The translations under genes were made by a program, and so were the position numbers. DNA of 64,000 bases. It comes from a virus. Lineage: Duplodnaviria; Caudoviricetes. The DNA lies in the IMG/VR virus record IMGVR_UViG_3300023048_000001, positions 64,001-128,000 of that record. One strand, 5' to 3'. Positions within the stretch are counted from its first letter, which is position 1, and every line of letters starts with the position of its first letter. This document shows, in pieces, positions 39,917-49,213 of the stretch. The notes under the pieces are model-generated. The model made no database searches. It was given only the letters and a program-made list of their open reading frames with translations, and was not told the origin of the DNA.

Positions 39917-40313
39917 GTTAGTTCCCTGTGGTGTGGAATCATTATAATGGAAAGGTGCGATGTGGTCAACACCTTTCCACCATTATTTTATCAGGAATCG
40001 CGACGCTTGAACTCAGCGTCAATCGCATCCATTTCAGCATCAATTACATTTGCTTCGCGAAGGTCTTCCGTGGTGTTCTGCATGGCTTCATTGAGAGCTT
40101 CATAGCGGAGGATGAGCCAGTTATTCGTCTTATCAGCGAAGTCATACATGGTAACAGTTCCTTATGTGGTGTGGTTCCATTATACACAATCCATTATATA
40201 CCGCAAGGGATTTCTTTAAAATAATTGGATCTTTTTGCGAGGCTAGTCTTCCAGCCTCCATCCTATTTTATAACACAAATCGAAAAGGTGCAAGAAGTAT
40301 TTTCATTATATCC

Positions 40314-40406
40314 TCAACGAATTATTAAGCTGATACAGGCGACCACGACAAGGGTTGCGGCCAATACGATAAACGTGATCCAGAGTGCAGCCTCAAGCTT
40401 GCTCAT
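40314..40406 (-). CDS. 30-aa single-pass membrane peptide
   Basis: MSKLEAALWITFIVLAATLVVVACISLIIR; AGAGG SD, TGTATAAT upstream. Confidence 0.6.
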   Translation of the reverse strand: MSKLEAALWITFIVLAATLVVVACISLIIR

Positions 40407-40559
40407 ACGATACCTCTTACCCATGTGGTGATCCCCTTGTGGGTTCCATTATACACAGTCCATTCTAAAATACAATACATTTATTTTCAAAATAATGCTT
40501 GACAGGTGCCTAGGGTTAGCTTATAGTGGATCACCTAACACCACATCGGAGGTCAACAC

Positions 40560-40847
40560 ATGTCCGTAACCAAACAGGACGTGGCGCGCTATGCTGCGGA
40601 GAAAGGGATAGAGATTGAGGATGAAGGTAGTGGTCGAGACCGTCACATCCATGGATACTCGCCCGATGGGTTCATCTTTAAAGCCACTGAAACCCATAAC
40701 ATCGGGTGCTATGATGGTGGTCATTGGGATGGTAAGCCGGTAGACTGGACGCATGTAATGGGTCAGCTTAAACTGATTCCTTGCCCCAACTATCCCAACT
40801 GCGAAATCTGCAATGAAGAGACGTATGTCGGCCCTTCCCAACTGTAG
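40560..40847 (+). CDS. Hypothetical protein with C-terminal Cys cluster
   Basis: TTGACA promoter, ACACCACA..GGAGG leader in + orientation; CPNYPNCEIC; TAG stop. Confidence 0.75.
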   Translation: MSVTKQDVARYAAEKGIEIEDEGSGRDRHIHGYSPDGFIFKATETHNIGCYDGGHWDGKPVDWTHVMGQLKLIPCPNYPNCEICNEETYVGPSQL

Positions 40848-41034
40848 GCAATGGTGGTTCATCCACTATAAGCCTGAACCATGGACGACCTATGCCATGG
40901 TGCTACGTTGGAGTACACAACGCCGTGATCTGTTCAATCTAAATTAAGTCCTTACGCAAGCGTAACCCTAGGGACATATAGCACAAGGCCTGAAGATATC
41001 TTCAGGCCTTTATCGTTTAAACTGTGCGGTTAGA

Positions 41035-41265
41035 TCAGTCGAACAAACTGTTGACGTTGTAGTTCAACACTTCCTCGGCTTCCTGACGGGAGCAACCATT
41101 CTCCACCATGGAGGCAATGAGTTCAGGCTTGTGTGGAGACATACTGGCATGCTCGGCACCACCCAGCACATCGTAGGCTGTCTTGTTGTGCTGGATCATC
41201 TGCTGACCCACTGCGATCAACATAGCACCGAACACATGTTTTTGATGCTCGATCTTGATATGCAT
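41035..41265 (-). CDS. Small hypothetical protein
   Basis: AGGAG SD. Confidence 0.65.
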   Translation of the reverse strand: MHIKIEHQKHVFGAMLIAVGQQMIQHNKTAYDVLGGAEHASMSPHKPELIASMVENGCSRQEAEEVLNYNVNSLFD

Positions 41266-41274
41266 CCCATTCTC

Positions 41275-41469
41275 CTAGGGTTCTTTTAAAACAGTAGCAC
41301 CATCATGCAACACGTCAGCTTCCACAATGAGAGGATGGCTCTCATTGTTGTTCTCGCGTTCGATCCAGTATGCAGGACCACCATTGTACGTGCTGAAAGC
41401 TCGCACAAGCCAATTCTTTCCCTGATAGGCAATCAGGGTACCGTTCTCATAGATCGTCTTCATTACCAC
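41275..41469 (-). CDS. Small hypothetical protein
   Basis: GAGG SD, TAG stop. Confidence 0.6.
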   Translation of the reverse strand: MVMKTIYENGTLIAYQGKNWLVRAFSTYNGGPAYWIERENNNESHPLIVEADVLHDGATVLKEP

Positions 41470-41666
41470 TGTCCTCGATCAGTTGCCACGTAAACATGGA
41501 CATCATCATGGTCATAGTGATAGCTGATCCGCAATACCTCTCCACGCATCCGTGGATTCTCACCATAGACGCATTCACCGACACGAGGAACGGGAACACC
41601 ATGGACAGTGTTACCCGCAGTCTCAGAATCCAGAATGCCTGTTTCATCGTAAAGAATAACTCGCAT
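41463..41666 (-). CDS. Small hypothetical early protein
   Basis: Element B leader; VPRVGE motif. Confidence 0.7.
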   Translation of the reverse strand: MRVILYDETGILDSETAGNTVHGVPVPRVGECVYGENPRMRGEVLRISYHYDHDDVHVYVATDRGQW

Positions 41667-41725
41667 AGTTTGCTCCGTGGTGTCTATGGTTTAAATATAA
41701 TGGAACGAAGTCACTATGTCAACAC

Positions 41726-41989
41726 TTATGGAGTCGGATAGTCTCGATCAACACCCAACTCTTCGAAGTCACTGAGCAACATGGTTTTGAGCTTGTCTTT
41801 GGGAATGTCTGCGATGATCTTTGCATTATCGAAGTGGACAGACATATGGGACATTGGCGCACCCAACTGCAATGCCGTGAAGACATGCCAGTGAGGGTAT
41901 TCATTCTTATCGTAATTGTTGACATCGGGTGGAATCTTCATATTGGCCTGTTTTGCAGCAGGGACAAGCATTTCAGCGAAAGCAAACAT
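41726..41989 (-). CDS. Hypothetical protein
   Basis: GGAG SD. Confidence 0.65.
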   Translation of the reverse strand: MFAFAEMLVPAAKQANMKIPPDVNNYDKNEYPHWHVFTALQLGAPMSHMSVHFDNAKIIADIPKDKLKTMLLSDFEELGVDRDYPTP

Positions 41990-41991
41990 GA

Positions 41992-42183
41992 TTAGGCTCC
42001 GATAGTGAAGTGGATATTGTACAGCTTAAAGAATGCGATAATACCGATGATGAAAAGGATCAGGAACACAAGGGTTCCAAAGAACTGAATCACGACCCCT
42101 TCAAGCCCGTCACCACTGAACAAACACTTGAACATCATGCAGAACGCTACAGCGATGTAGAACACTAGGCAGAACGTAATCAT
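41992..42183 (-). CDS. Small two-TM membrane protein
   Basis: Two hydrophobic stretches; ATGA coupling. Confidence 0.65.
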   Translation of the reverse strand: MITFCLVFYIAVAFCMMFKCLFSGDGLEGVVIQFFGTLVFLILFIIGIIAFFKLYNIHFTIGA

Positions 42184-42557
42184 TTCGCAATCTCCAACAC
42201 GTCTTCAACGCGTTCCATTTCAACAGTGAAGTTACCGAGTTGCATATCACCGTATTCTCCCGGCTGCAATCCGACCAGATAAGAAGCGCCAGCATACTCA
42301 TGGTGAGCATGACCAAACAGGAACCGCATCTTGACAGGGAAGACAGATTCGACTTGAACGCTGAACGTGTCGGGCCCTATGGAGTCAGTGATGACTGTGG
42401 ATGCAGTGCCATCTAGGTTTACATTAACAGTAATCGCCTTGTATGGCTTACCCTTATAGTAGGCCATGACGTGGTACGTCTTGTGGAAGCCCACCTGTTC
42501 CTCAGCATGGACCACGGTACTGAAGAGCATGGTGAAGATCAGAATGAGCTTGTACAT
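42180..42557 (-). CDS. Secreted/periplasmic hypothetical protein
   Basis: Signal peptide MYKLILIFTMLFSTVVHA; GAGG SD. Confidence 0.7.
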   Translation of the reverse strand: MYKLILIFTMLFSTVVHAEEQVGFHKTYHVMAYYKGKPYKAITVNVNLDGTASTVITDSIGPDTFSVQVESVFPVKMRFLFGHAHHEYAGASYLVGLQPGEYGDMQLGNFTVEMERVEDVLEIAK

Positions 42558-42565
42558 GACTGGCC

Positions 42566-43075
42566 TCAGATGTAGATGATTTCGATTTTGTCAACCACGT
42601 CACCATCCAGCGTTGCACGGATAGCACCCTTGGTGGGATCGCGGTCATAATACTTGAGGTGTTGCGTAGTCTGACCACCACCGAGCTTTTCAAACGATTC
42701 ATAGCTAATCGGTGTTGGAACTGAACTGAAATAGAGGTTGCTATCATCATTGTCTAAGAATCCAGACATACCAAACTTCGTGTATGCCTTGATGACGACT
42801 TTCAATGCATCACGAGTATGGAAGTCATCTTCCTCCAACGTCTGGATGTAGTCAGCAGCCTCCCGCATGGATATACGATGGTGTGACCACGGCTGAATCT
42901 GCAAACCCTTGTGGGTGAAGATACGCCAGTTGGCATTGTCATACTGATTGGTGAGAAACCCAACCGCAGCATTCGACTCGCCACGATTGGCGGAAGGAAT
43001 GATCTGGAAGATTTTCACTCCCTTGCGCTTCATGATATCAGACAGTTCGATTTGCACGAGGTTGAAGGTACTCAT
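42566..43075 (-). CDS. Hypothetical early protein
   Basis: GAGGA SD, TTGACG promoter. Confidence 0.7.
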   Translation of the reverse strand: MSTFNLVQIELSDIMKRKGVKIFQIIPSANRGESNAAVGFLTNQYDNANWRIFTHKGLQIQPWSHHRISMREAADYIQTLEEDDFHTRDALKVVIKAYTKFGMSGFLDNDDSNLYFSSVPTPISYESFEKLGGGQTTQHLKYYDRDPTKGAIRATLDGDVVDKIEIIYI

Positions 43076-43373
43076 GGATCACATCCTCTGGTTGATGGTT
43101 TCAATATAACGTAATCACCTAATACCGTCAAGCATTATATTCAAAGAATTTCATTCAGCTTAGGTTCAGGTATAGTGTTATAAAATAGGTGAGGGATGGG
43201 AGAACGGGAAGTTCCTGTGATCGAGGCGTGAAGAAAAGGCTTGACCCCATCACCCGTTAAGCTAAGATGATGGAACCAAGCCTTCGTTGTTAAGACGCTT
43301 GAGCGTGCCCTCTACCTTTGTGAAGTCGGCCAGTACGTCTACCACTTCCCCTTCAGGATCGAAGATCAACCAT

Positions 43374-43598
43374 TCAGGCGCATCGCTGTTGGTTCGTTCT
43401 TGACAGGTGTACATGATTGCCAGTCACCTTTAGGGGTTCCAAGCTAGCATCGTCCCAGCCACACATCCACTGATAGAAGTGAGGGGAAAGCGCCATGTGT
43501 GCATATGGGCTGTCTTGCCATGTCTTCCCATCACGGAAGGCCTTCTGGCCTTCCTTATACGGATCAATGCTGAAAACGTTGTTTACTTGAGTGCCCAT
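43374..43598 (-). CDS. Small protein with Rmf-like aromatic motif
   Basis: PYKEGQKAF..G...SPY...WMCGWDDA. Confidence 0.55.
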   Translation of the reverse strand: MGTQVNNVFSIDPYKEGQKAFRDGKTWQDSPYAHMALSPHFYQWMCGWDDASLEPLKVTGNHVHLSRTNQQRCA

Positions 43599-43689
43599 GG
43601 GCCTTGTCCTCTTGAGACGATCTTAAGGATGGTAAGGAGTCTCTAGGATACCTGAATTTCGGCAGATATCCTAGAGGTCACCCGGCGAG

Positions 43690-44145
43690 TCATGCGGCCT
43701 GCTGGCTATCCAGCACATTGACGATGGCGCTGGCGATCTGCTGAGCGAGGGCACCGTTACTGCGCTTGCCATTGCTGGCGGTAACCTTGGGAGCCGTTTC
43801 AGCCTTCGCGGGACGACCCGGACGACGCTTCGGTGCAGCTTCAGCGACCGGTGCAGCTTCAGCCTTGGGCGCACGCTTACCGGTATTCTGCTTGCGTGCA
43901 AGCTGTTCGATCTGGAAGCTGATTTTCTTCGCGTCGAATTCCCAGATGGTGGACGGCTTACCGCCGCGACCTTCCGTTTTCTTCTTTTCGGTACCGACTG
44001 CCGTTGCCATGCCCATGCGGGTAAGGAACGAAATGTCCGGCTGCTGCAACACGGTCGTCTGGCCGTTGATGGTGAGAGCGATACGACCGGCAAGCTGCTT
44101 CGGGGTACCAATGAACTTACCGTCGTTCGCGTTGAGGTTCTTCAT
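43690..44145 (-). CDS. Basic putative DNA-binding protein with Ala/Pro/Lys tail and AT-hook-like KRRPGRP
   Basis: GGAG SD; domain similar to 51343-51729. Confidence 0.7.
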   Translation of the reverse strand: MKNLNANDGKFIGTPKQLAGRIALTINGQTTVLQQPDISFLTRMGMATAVGTEKKKTEGRGGKPSTIWEFDAKKISFQIEQLARKQNTGKRAPKAEAAPVAEAAPKRRPGRPAKAETAPKVTASNGKRSNGALAQQIASAIVNVLDSQQAA

Positions 44146-44398
44146 GATCGTTTCTCCGAGTAGTTGTTGTTTAACCGAGGGCTTATTTGCTGTCGGTGGA
44201 AGTAGACTACTCAAACATTGAAACGAATGCAATACCCTGTATAACGAAATTCAGGGTATAGACAGTTTGGTATAGATGATATTCTTTAAATAAACGCACT
44301 TTTGACGGGTTGTTCACGTTAAAGTGGTTTTTCGTGAGATTGGTGTGAAGGCCTAGTGCTTTTGATGTATACAAGTCTACGGCCTTCACACATGTTAA

Positions 44399-45040
44399 TC
44401 AAGCTTTTACAACACTCGCATTGAGCGAAACGGTATCAAAGGTGATCTTGAGCAGGTCACCATGGGCTCCCATCACGTTTGTAACGGCATCAGTGATACG
44501 GTTGAACAGGTTACATATAGCCTGAGGGGTGTGGCCCTTCCAACGTACAAGGGAACGGTCATAGCCTACAGACATCCAATGACAGGCTTGCTCAAAGGCA
44601 AGGATGGCTTTCACCATGTCAGGATGGCTGTTGTTGATCCCGTGACGCTTCTCAAGCCATTCCAGATAGAACGGGAAGGCTTTCATCTGAAAATTGTCCA
44701 GACGGTTGGAGTGACGGGTTTCGCAGGTCTTAATGGTGAAGTTGGTTTCAAAAGAGAACCGAGCCATGTCCCATGCGAGCATCTTGCATGCTGCAACTGA
44801 ACCATGGGCTTTCCACCATCCACCACGAATGCGAATGTGGTAGATCGAACCAAAGGCCTGCATCTCTTGCTCAATGCCTGCATCGTCCGCTTCGAAATGT
44901 TCCAGTACATCGTGGGTGACGCCATAGGCTACGGGCATCGGATCGAACGTGGTTGCTTCCTGTAAGCGCCATCCAGTGGAACGGACGGAATGGTTGATGG
45001 ACTGGTCTATATATTCGAATACGCGAACTGTGTTCGTCAT
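44399..45040 (-). CDS. HDxxEH-motif putative metalloprotein
   Basis: GWR...FDP...HDVLEH...E..AFG; paralog of 49214-50059; GGGGAG SD. Confidence 0.7.
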   Translation of the reverse strand: MTNTVRVFEYIDQSINHSVRSTGWRLQEATTFDPMPVAYGVTHDVLEHFEADDAGIEQEMQAFGSIYHIRIRGGWWKAHGSVAACKMLAWDMARFSFETNFTIKTCETRHSNRLDNFQMKAFPFYLEWLEKRHGINNSHPDMVKAILAFEQACHWMSVGYDRSLVRWKGHTPQAICNLFNRITDAVTNVMGAHGDLLKITFDTVSLNASVVKA

Positions 45041-45258
45041 TGTTTTTGTCTCCCCACCGAGTGAGACAACTGTATAGATGTCGTCAGTATTAATCAACTG
45101 ACTTTTCACGACACTTTCACGAGTCAGATAGTGACCATTCACGTCACAATATGCCCTAAGCCATTGTGCCCCAACGCATGAGGGCAGGCTTTGCAATATC
45201 CTTAAGAATATGCTAGGCCTGCCCTCTATTCATGCTGGTGTTAAGCTTTCGTTATGTG

Positions 45259-45435
45259 TTACTGGTAGTGCCCGTCATAGGGATCGCTACGGTTCCATGC
45301 GTTGGCCGGACACTGGCCGTGGTAACGTGAGACAGGGTTATGCCAGAACACATTCCCATCCTCGACGCGTTCCAGAACGTAGGTGGAACCTCTCCACTTG
45401 ACCTCAGTGGGCAGCGGATGCTTGTCAGTCGTCAT
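45259..45435 (-). CDS. Small hypothetical protein
   Basis: AAGGA SD. Confidence 0.55.
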   Translation of the reverse strand: MTTDKHPLPTEVKWRGSTYVLERVEDGNVFWHNPVSRYHGQCPANAWNRSDPYDGHYQ

Positions 45436-45679
45436 TGCGGTTATCCTTATGGGCATCGGCACGGTAGACGGTAGAACCATAGGACTCACCCACCACTTCC
45501 CAATTGTAACCCACGTCAGGAAGTTTCTTACCCGGACCCGGTGCACAATAGTAGCTGTCACCGATTGCGTAGACTGCAACCGTGTAACGAGTGGACTGGT
45601 AACGGTAGTCACTCATTTCAGCTAGATCATAGCCAATGAGGAAGGCGATCCGTTCAGCAGCAGTGTGGCGCTTAGCCAT
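45425..45679 (-). CDS. Small hypothetical early protein
   Basis: AAGGAG SD, own promoter. Confidence 0.7.
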   Translation of the reverse strand: MAKRHTAAERIAFLIGYDLAEMSDYRYQSTRYTVAVYAIGDSYYCAPGPGKKLPDVGYNWEVVGESYGSTVYRADAHKDNRNDD

Positions 45680-45844
45680 GGTGTCTCCTTAGGTTGATTC
45701 ACTATAACGTAATCGGTTCTATAACGCAATAGTTTTATAATAAAAATACCTCTTGTGCTAATTCGATTTCTGTTATAAAATAGGATGGAGGCTGGAAAGC
45801 TAGCAATTGATTAAAGAAAACCCAGCGCAAGGCCGGGTTTGGTG

Positions 45845-46060
45845 TTAGAACGCCTTGGGAGCTTTCAAGCGTTCACAGAGAGATTCGATCACACCCACGA
45901 GGGCAATAGCCACGTCTTCCGCAGTGGAGTTCCGTACACGTTCCACGCCATTGATCTTGATGACATAGAACGGTTTGGTGAAGTCATGCGGCATACGCTT
46001 GACAACCTCCAATTTGAAATCTTCGGACCTCGATGCCACTACCGTGGATTCGGTATACAT
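45845..46060 (-). CDS. Small hypothetical early protein
   Basis: GAGGGA SD, TGTATAAT promoter. Confidence 0.7.
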   Translation of the reverse strand: MYTESTVVASRSEDFKLEVVKRMPHDFTKPFYVIKINGVERVRNSTAEDVAIALVGVIESLCERLKAPKAF

Positions 46061-46176
46061 GATGGTTCCCTCTTGTGTGTATTACATTATACAGAAATCC
46101 TAAAAGAATGCAAGCGTACAAATGTACGTATTTCAAATAAAACAAAACCCCATGGATTTCTCCACAGGGTTGTATG

Positions 46177-46253
46177 TGGTGGGTGCACTTGGATTCGAAC
46201 CAAGGATAGCCCGATTATGAGTCGGGGGCTTTAGGCCTCTAAGCTATACACCC
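46177..46253 (-). tRNA. tRNA with CAT anticodon (Ile2-like or Met)
   Basis: Cloverleaf GGGTGTA..., CCCGA-CTCATAA-TCGGG, GGTTCGAATCC, encoded CCA. Confidence 0.9.
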
Positions 46254-46260
46254 TTTTTTG

Positions 46261-46614
46261 TTACTTGACTGGAACGGCCTTGACCCGAATGGCATTGTAG
46301 CCTTCGCCATCATCACGTTCGAATCGTTTCCACTTGCGGTCATCTGTCTGGCTAATCTCTTCACTGAGATAGCCACCTATTGGCCGTTCGTCAGATGTCT
46401 CGATGTATCCTAGAACGGGTTCGCCTTCGTCTTCAGCATCCTTGTAGGAATTGCTGACAGCATCACCATCCTTTGCCGTGGTGAATTCGTAATTGAACGG
46501 ATCGGTCCATTCGTCCAGAATCCAGAACAGGCCATTCACGCTTGATGCGACTGCGATGCCGATTTCCGGGACTTCAGCATCAGCGAGACGATACACGTAA
46601 GCTTTCAGAGCCAT
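46261..46614 (-). CDS. Hypothetical protein within the tRNA cluster
   Basis: AAGGA SD, 117 aa. Confidence 0.7.
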   Translation of the reverse strand: MALKAYVYRLADAEVPEIGIAVASSVNGLFWILDEWTDPFNYEFTTAKDGDAVSNSYKDAEDEGEPVLGYIETSDERPIGGYLSEEISQTDDRKWKRFERDDGEGYNAIRVKAVPVK

Positions 46615-46685
46615 CTGGTTTCCTTAAGTTAAAAAACGATGATACGCCATGGTCGATTACTCGTTATCACATTGTATCATCAAAC

Positions 46686-46838
46686 AGGCGGAGATAGAGG
46701 GAGTCGAACCCCCAAAACAATGCTTCATCTATTAGGCATGTACTTAGCCATTTTATCACTGGTTGTCTGCGCAAACTTCCAGAGGATTACACATTGCACT
46801 GACACGCATGTCAGCAGCTACCAATTGCTTTTATCTCC
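46686..46838 (-). ncRNA. ~153-nt tRNA-like RNA with greatly expanded middle domain
   Basis: GGAGATA/TATCTCC acceptor stem plus G discriminator, GGGGG-TTCGACT-CCCTC T arm, AGC-AATTGGTA-GCT D-like arm. Confidence 0.65.
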
Positions 46839-46909
46839 ATAAAACTAAGTTCAGGGAATCGAACACCTGAAGTACGTGACACTGTACTCAGCAGCCATGC
46901 TAACAAAGA

Positions 46910-46985
46910 TGGTGGGTTGTGCGGGATTCGAACCCGCGACCACGGGATTAAAAGTCCCATGCTCTACCAACTGAGCTAACAACCC
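46910..46985 (-). tRNA. tRNA-Lys (TTT)
   Basis: GGGTTGTTAGCTCAGTTGGTAGAGC, loop CTTTTAA, GGTTCGAATCC, CCA. Confidence 0.97.
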
Positions 46986-47259
46986 GAAACTATTACTACA
47001 CTAATCGCGGTAGCAGCGGGACATTCTTTCCTGTCCTAAGTCAAATGGATTCTCACCATTATAGTCAGTTTTAACTCAACTGGCAAACTTTTTTATATTA
47101 TTCGGTTTCGTAATCAACGGTCGGGTACCGTAGGTGTAGTCGCCATCACCCCAATCTATCAATTACCACTAGCTCTAAGACTACTTTTCCGGCCCAGCGA
47201 TCCACCGAAAGTTTGCTGGGTGAATTACATTATACAGATTTGGAGTAGGTTGTCAACAC

Positions 47260-47454
47260 TTACCAGAAGAACAAACCCATCACGACGCCCAGCGGTGCAA
47301 CAACGATGCCGATGGCACGCAGAGCCAGTTCACCACCGATATCCGACAGTTGAGCCAGTGCAATGATACCCGTGATTGCCTTGACGGCGTTGATCCCCCA
47401 ACCAAGCGCGGCGACGATCCAGAGGATGAAGTAGAGAATTCCGATTTTGAACAT
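47260..47454 (-). CDS. Small membrane protein
   Basis: Hydrophobic; GWGIN...RAIGIVVAPLG. Confidence 0.75.
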   Translation of the reverse strand: MFKIGILYFILWIVAALGWGINAVKAITGIIALAQLSDIGGELALRAIGIVVAPLGVVMGLFFW

Positions 47455-47514
47455 GTTGGTGAATCCTTGTTGGTATAATGCAATTATACAGACTTTAAAA
47501 CAGGTTGTAAAGCT

Positions 47515-48399
47515 TTACATCTTGCCATAGTTACTCGTTTTGAACTTGTCGCGAAGCTCAATAATCTCCACATAACGACTGTATCGACGCCACGGCAGTT
47601 TCAACATACGAATGAGATTTTCGAAATTCCTGTTATGGTCTTTCACCTTGCGGGAATTGACTTCGTTACTGGAAATCAGGTCACGGCGAGCTACCGGATT
47701 CTTAATAGCATGTTCCACAAAACTCTGTGCGAATGCCATATGTTCTTCCTGCATTTCCCATGTCTGAGCAATGTCAAACATGCGGAATTCCACTGTCTCA
47801 TAGCAACGGCGATAAGCAATGGGACCAGCCTTCATGCTTTCAGCCTGCGACGATGTATATACGTCACTGGATTTTTGTCGGGTGTTTAGTAGCCCATGAT
47901 ACGAGTCAGATGGGCTACAGAATGCAAACATGGCTTCAGGATGATTGAGCATCAGTTGGCGAACCTTCTGCGCTTCGGATGAATCCTTGATGCCGATGTG
48001 TACGTGACCACCACTGCCGCACTGTTCTTCCACCCAGCGGATAAGGCCTAGGTCTTCACAGAGGCCATCGACCTTGTGATAGAACTCGTTGAGCTGATCC
48101 CAGCCAGTCAGGATAGCACTGGACACTTCCACACATCCGGGATCATACCCGAAGGCATTGAGAATATGCATGTTGTCCCGTTCGAACTTAGGCAGTAAAG
48201 CTTCCCGCACGGCTTCGTAGTGAGCTTCAGCAGGCTCACGAAACTGCGAAATAATGTAACGCCTGTTATCGTACTTGTCATGCGGAAAATACTTGTCCGC
48301 AGTTGCCTTGATATGCGGTGGCACCGTTTCGTCAAATTCCCACGGACGCAGACGGGTAAGCTCAACGCCAGCGGTGCGGTGCCATTCGATATTCTTCAC
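47515..48399 (-). CDS. Putative amidoligase (COOH-NH2 ligase, GCS2/glutamine synthetase fold)
   Basis: GVEL, D...VEVSS.IL, SGGHVHIG, TVEFRMF. Confidence 0.75.
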   Translation of the reverse strand: MKNIEWHRTAGVELTRLRPWEFDETVPPHIKATADKYFPHDKYDNRRYIISQFREPAEAHYEAVREALLPKFERDNMHILNAFGYDPGCVEVSSAILTGWDQLNEFYHKVDGLCEDLGLIRWVEEQCGSGGHVHIGIKDSSEAQKVRQLMLNHPEAMFAFCSPSDSYHGLLNTRQKSSDVYTSSQAESMKAGPIAYRRCYETVEFRMFDIAQTWEMQEEHMAFAQSFVEHAIKNPVARRDLISSNEVNSRKVKDHNRNFENLIRMLKLPWRRYSRYVEIIELRDKFKTSNYGKM

Positions 48400-48520
48400 G
48401 GGAAGTTACCTGTTTGTTGATGATTTACATTATACAGAAACGAGAATTGGTGTCAACACTTTTCTATAAAAGAAAAGCCCTCACTAGGAGGGCTTTCGTT
48501 TGTTCAGCCGATGATTCGAC

Positions 48521-48739
48521 TTAGAGCGTGATGTGACGCATCTGGCCGTTCGGACCTTCGACAACCACGAAATTCTTGCCGTCCTTTTCCTTGACCACTG
48601 CCGGGACGCCGTACTTGATGGCATTTGCCATGCTGGTGTAATTCTTCGCGGCGGACACGTCGAGCGGACTACGGCCGGTCATGCGATTGGTGTCATTGAA
48701 ACGGGCAGCGGACAGGATGCGGAAGTTGGCGGTGGACAT
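48521..48739 (-). CDS. Small hypothetical early protein
   Basis: AAGGA SD, TTGACA..TAGAAT promoter. Confidence 0.75.
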   Translation of the reverse strand: MSTANFRILSAARFNDTNRMTGRSPLDVSAAKNYTSMANAIKYGVPAVVKEKDGKNFVVVEGPNGQMRHITL

Positions 48740-48815
48740 GTGGTGTGTTCCTTGTTGGTTGGTGTGTAAGTAATTCTAAAAGAATTGAACTAGGCTGTCA
48801 ACACTTTTCTTGAAA

Positions 48816-49166
48816 TTAATTTAGAGCTTTCACCAGCAGGTGCAGACTCTTGAGATACGTGACGGCATCGCCTTCACTGTATGCATGGACCAGATCGTTA
48901 CGTTTAGTAACGTTATCCTCGGTGACGATGCCACGGACCTTGCAGGCCGTCCAATCGATTTCGATAACACGCTTGCGCCAGCCGATGGTGATGATACCGA
49001 AGTCAGTCACCGCAGCGAACCACGGGCTTTCAACTAGATCGGTGTAATAGCGCGGATCACGAGGCCAATACTGGTTGATCATTTCGAACATGTGACTGAC
49101 CTTGATGTCAGCCAGCATGAACAGTGCAGCAGCTTTGTGATGGTCAAACGGACGCAGTGCTGGCAT
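48816..49166 (-). CDS. Hypothetical protein
   Basis: AGGAG SD; IGWRKRVIEIDW. Confidence 0.75.
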   Translation of the reverse strand: MPALRPFDHHKAAALFMLADIKVSHMFEMINQYWPRDPRYYTDLVESPWFAAVTDFGIITIGWRKRVIEIDWTACKVRGIVTEDNVTKRNDLVHAYSEGDAVTYLKSLHLLVKALN

Positions 49167-49213
49167 GTGTTGCTCCTGAATATGTTTATAGCTTACTGAA
49201 TTCTTTTAAGATG

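Noticed and set aside
46686-46838. tmRNA
   Set aside because: No G3-U70 or A73 alanine identity, too short, no tag ORF
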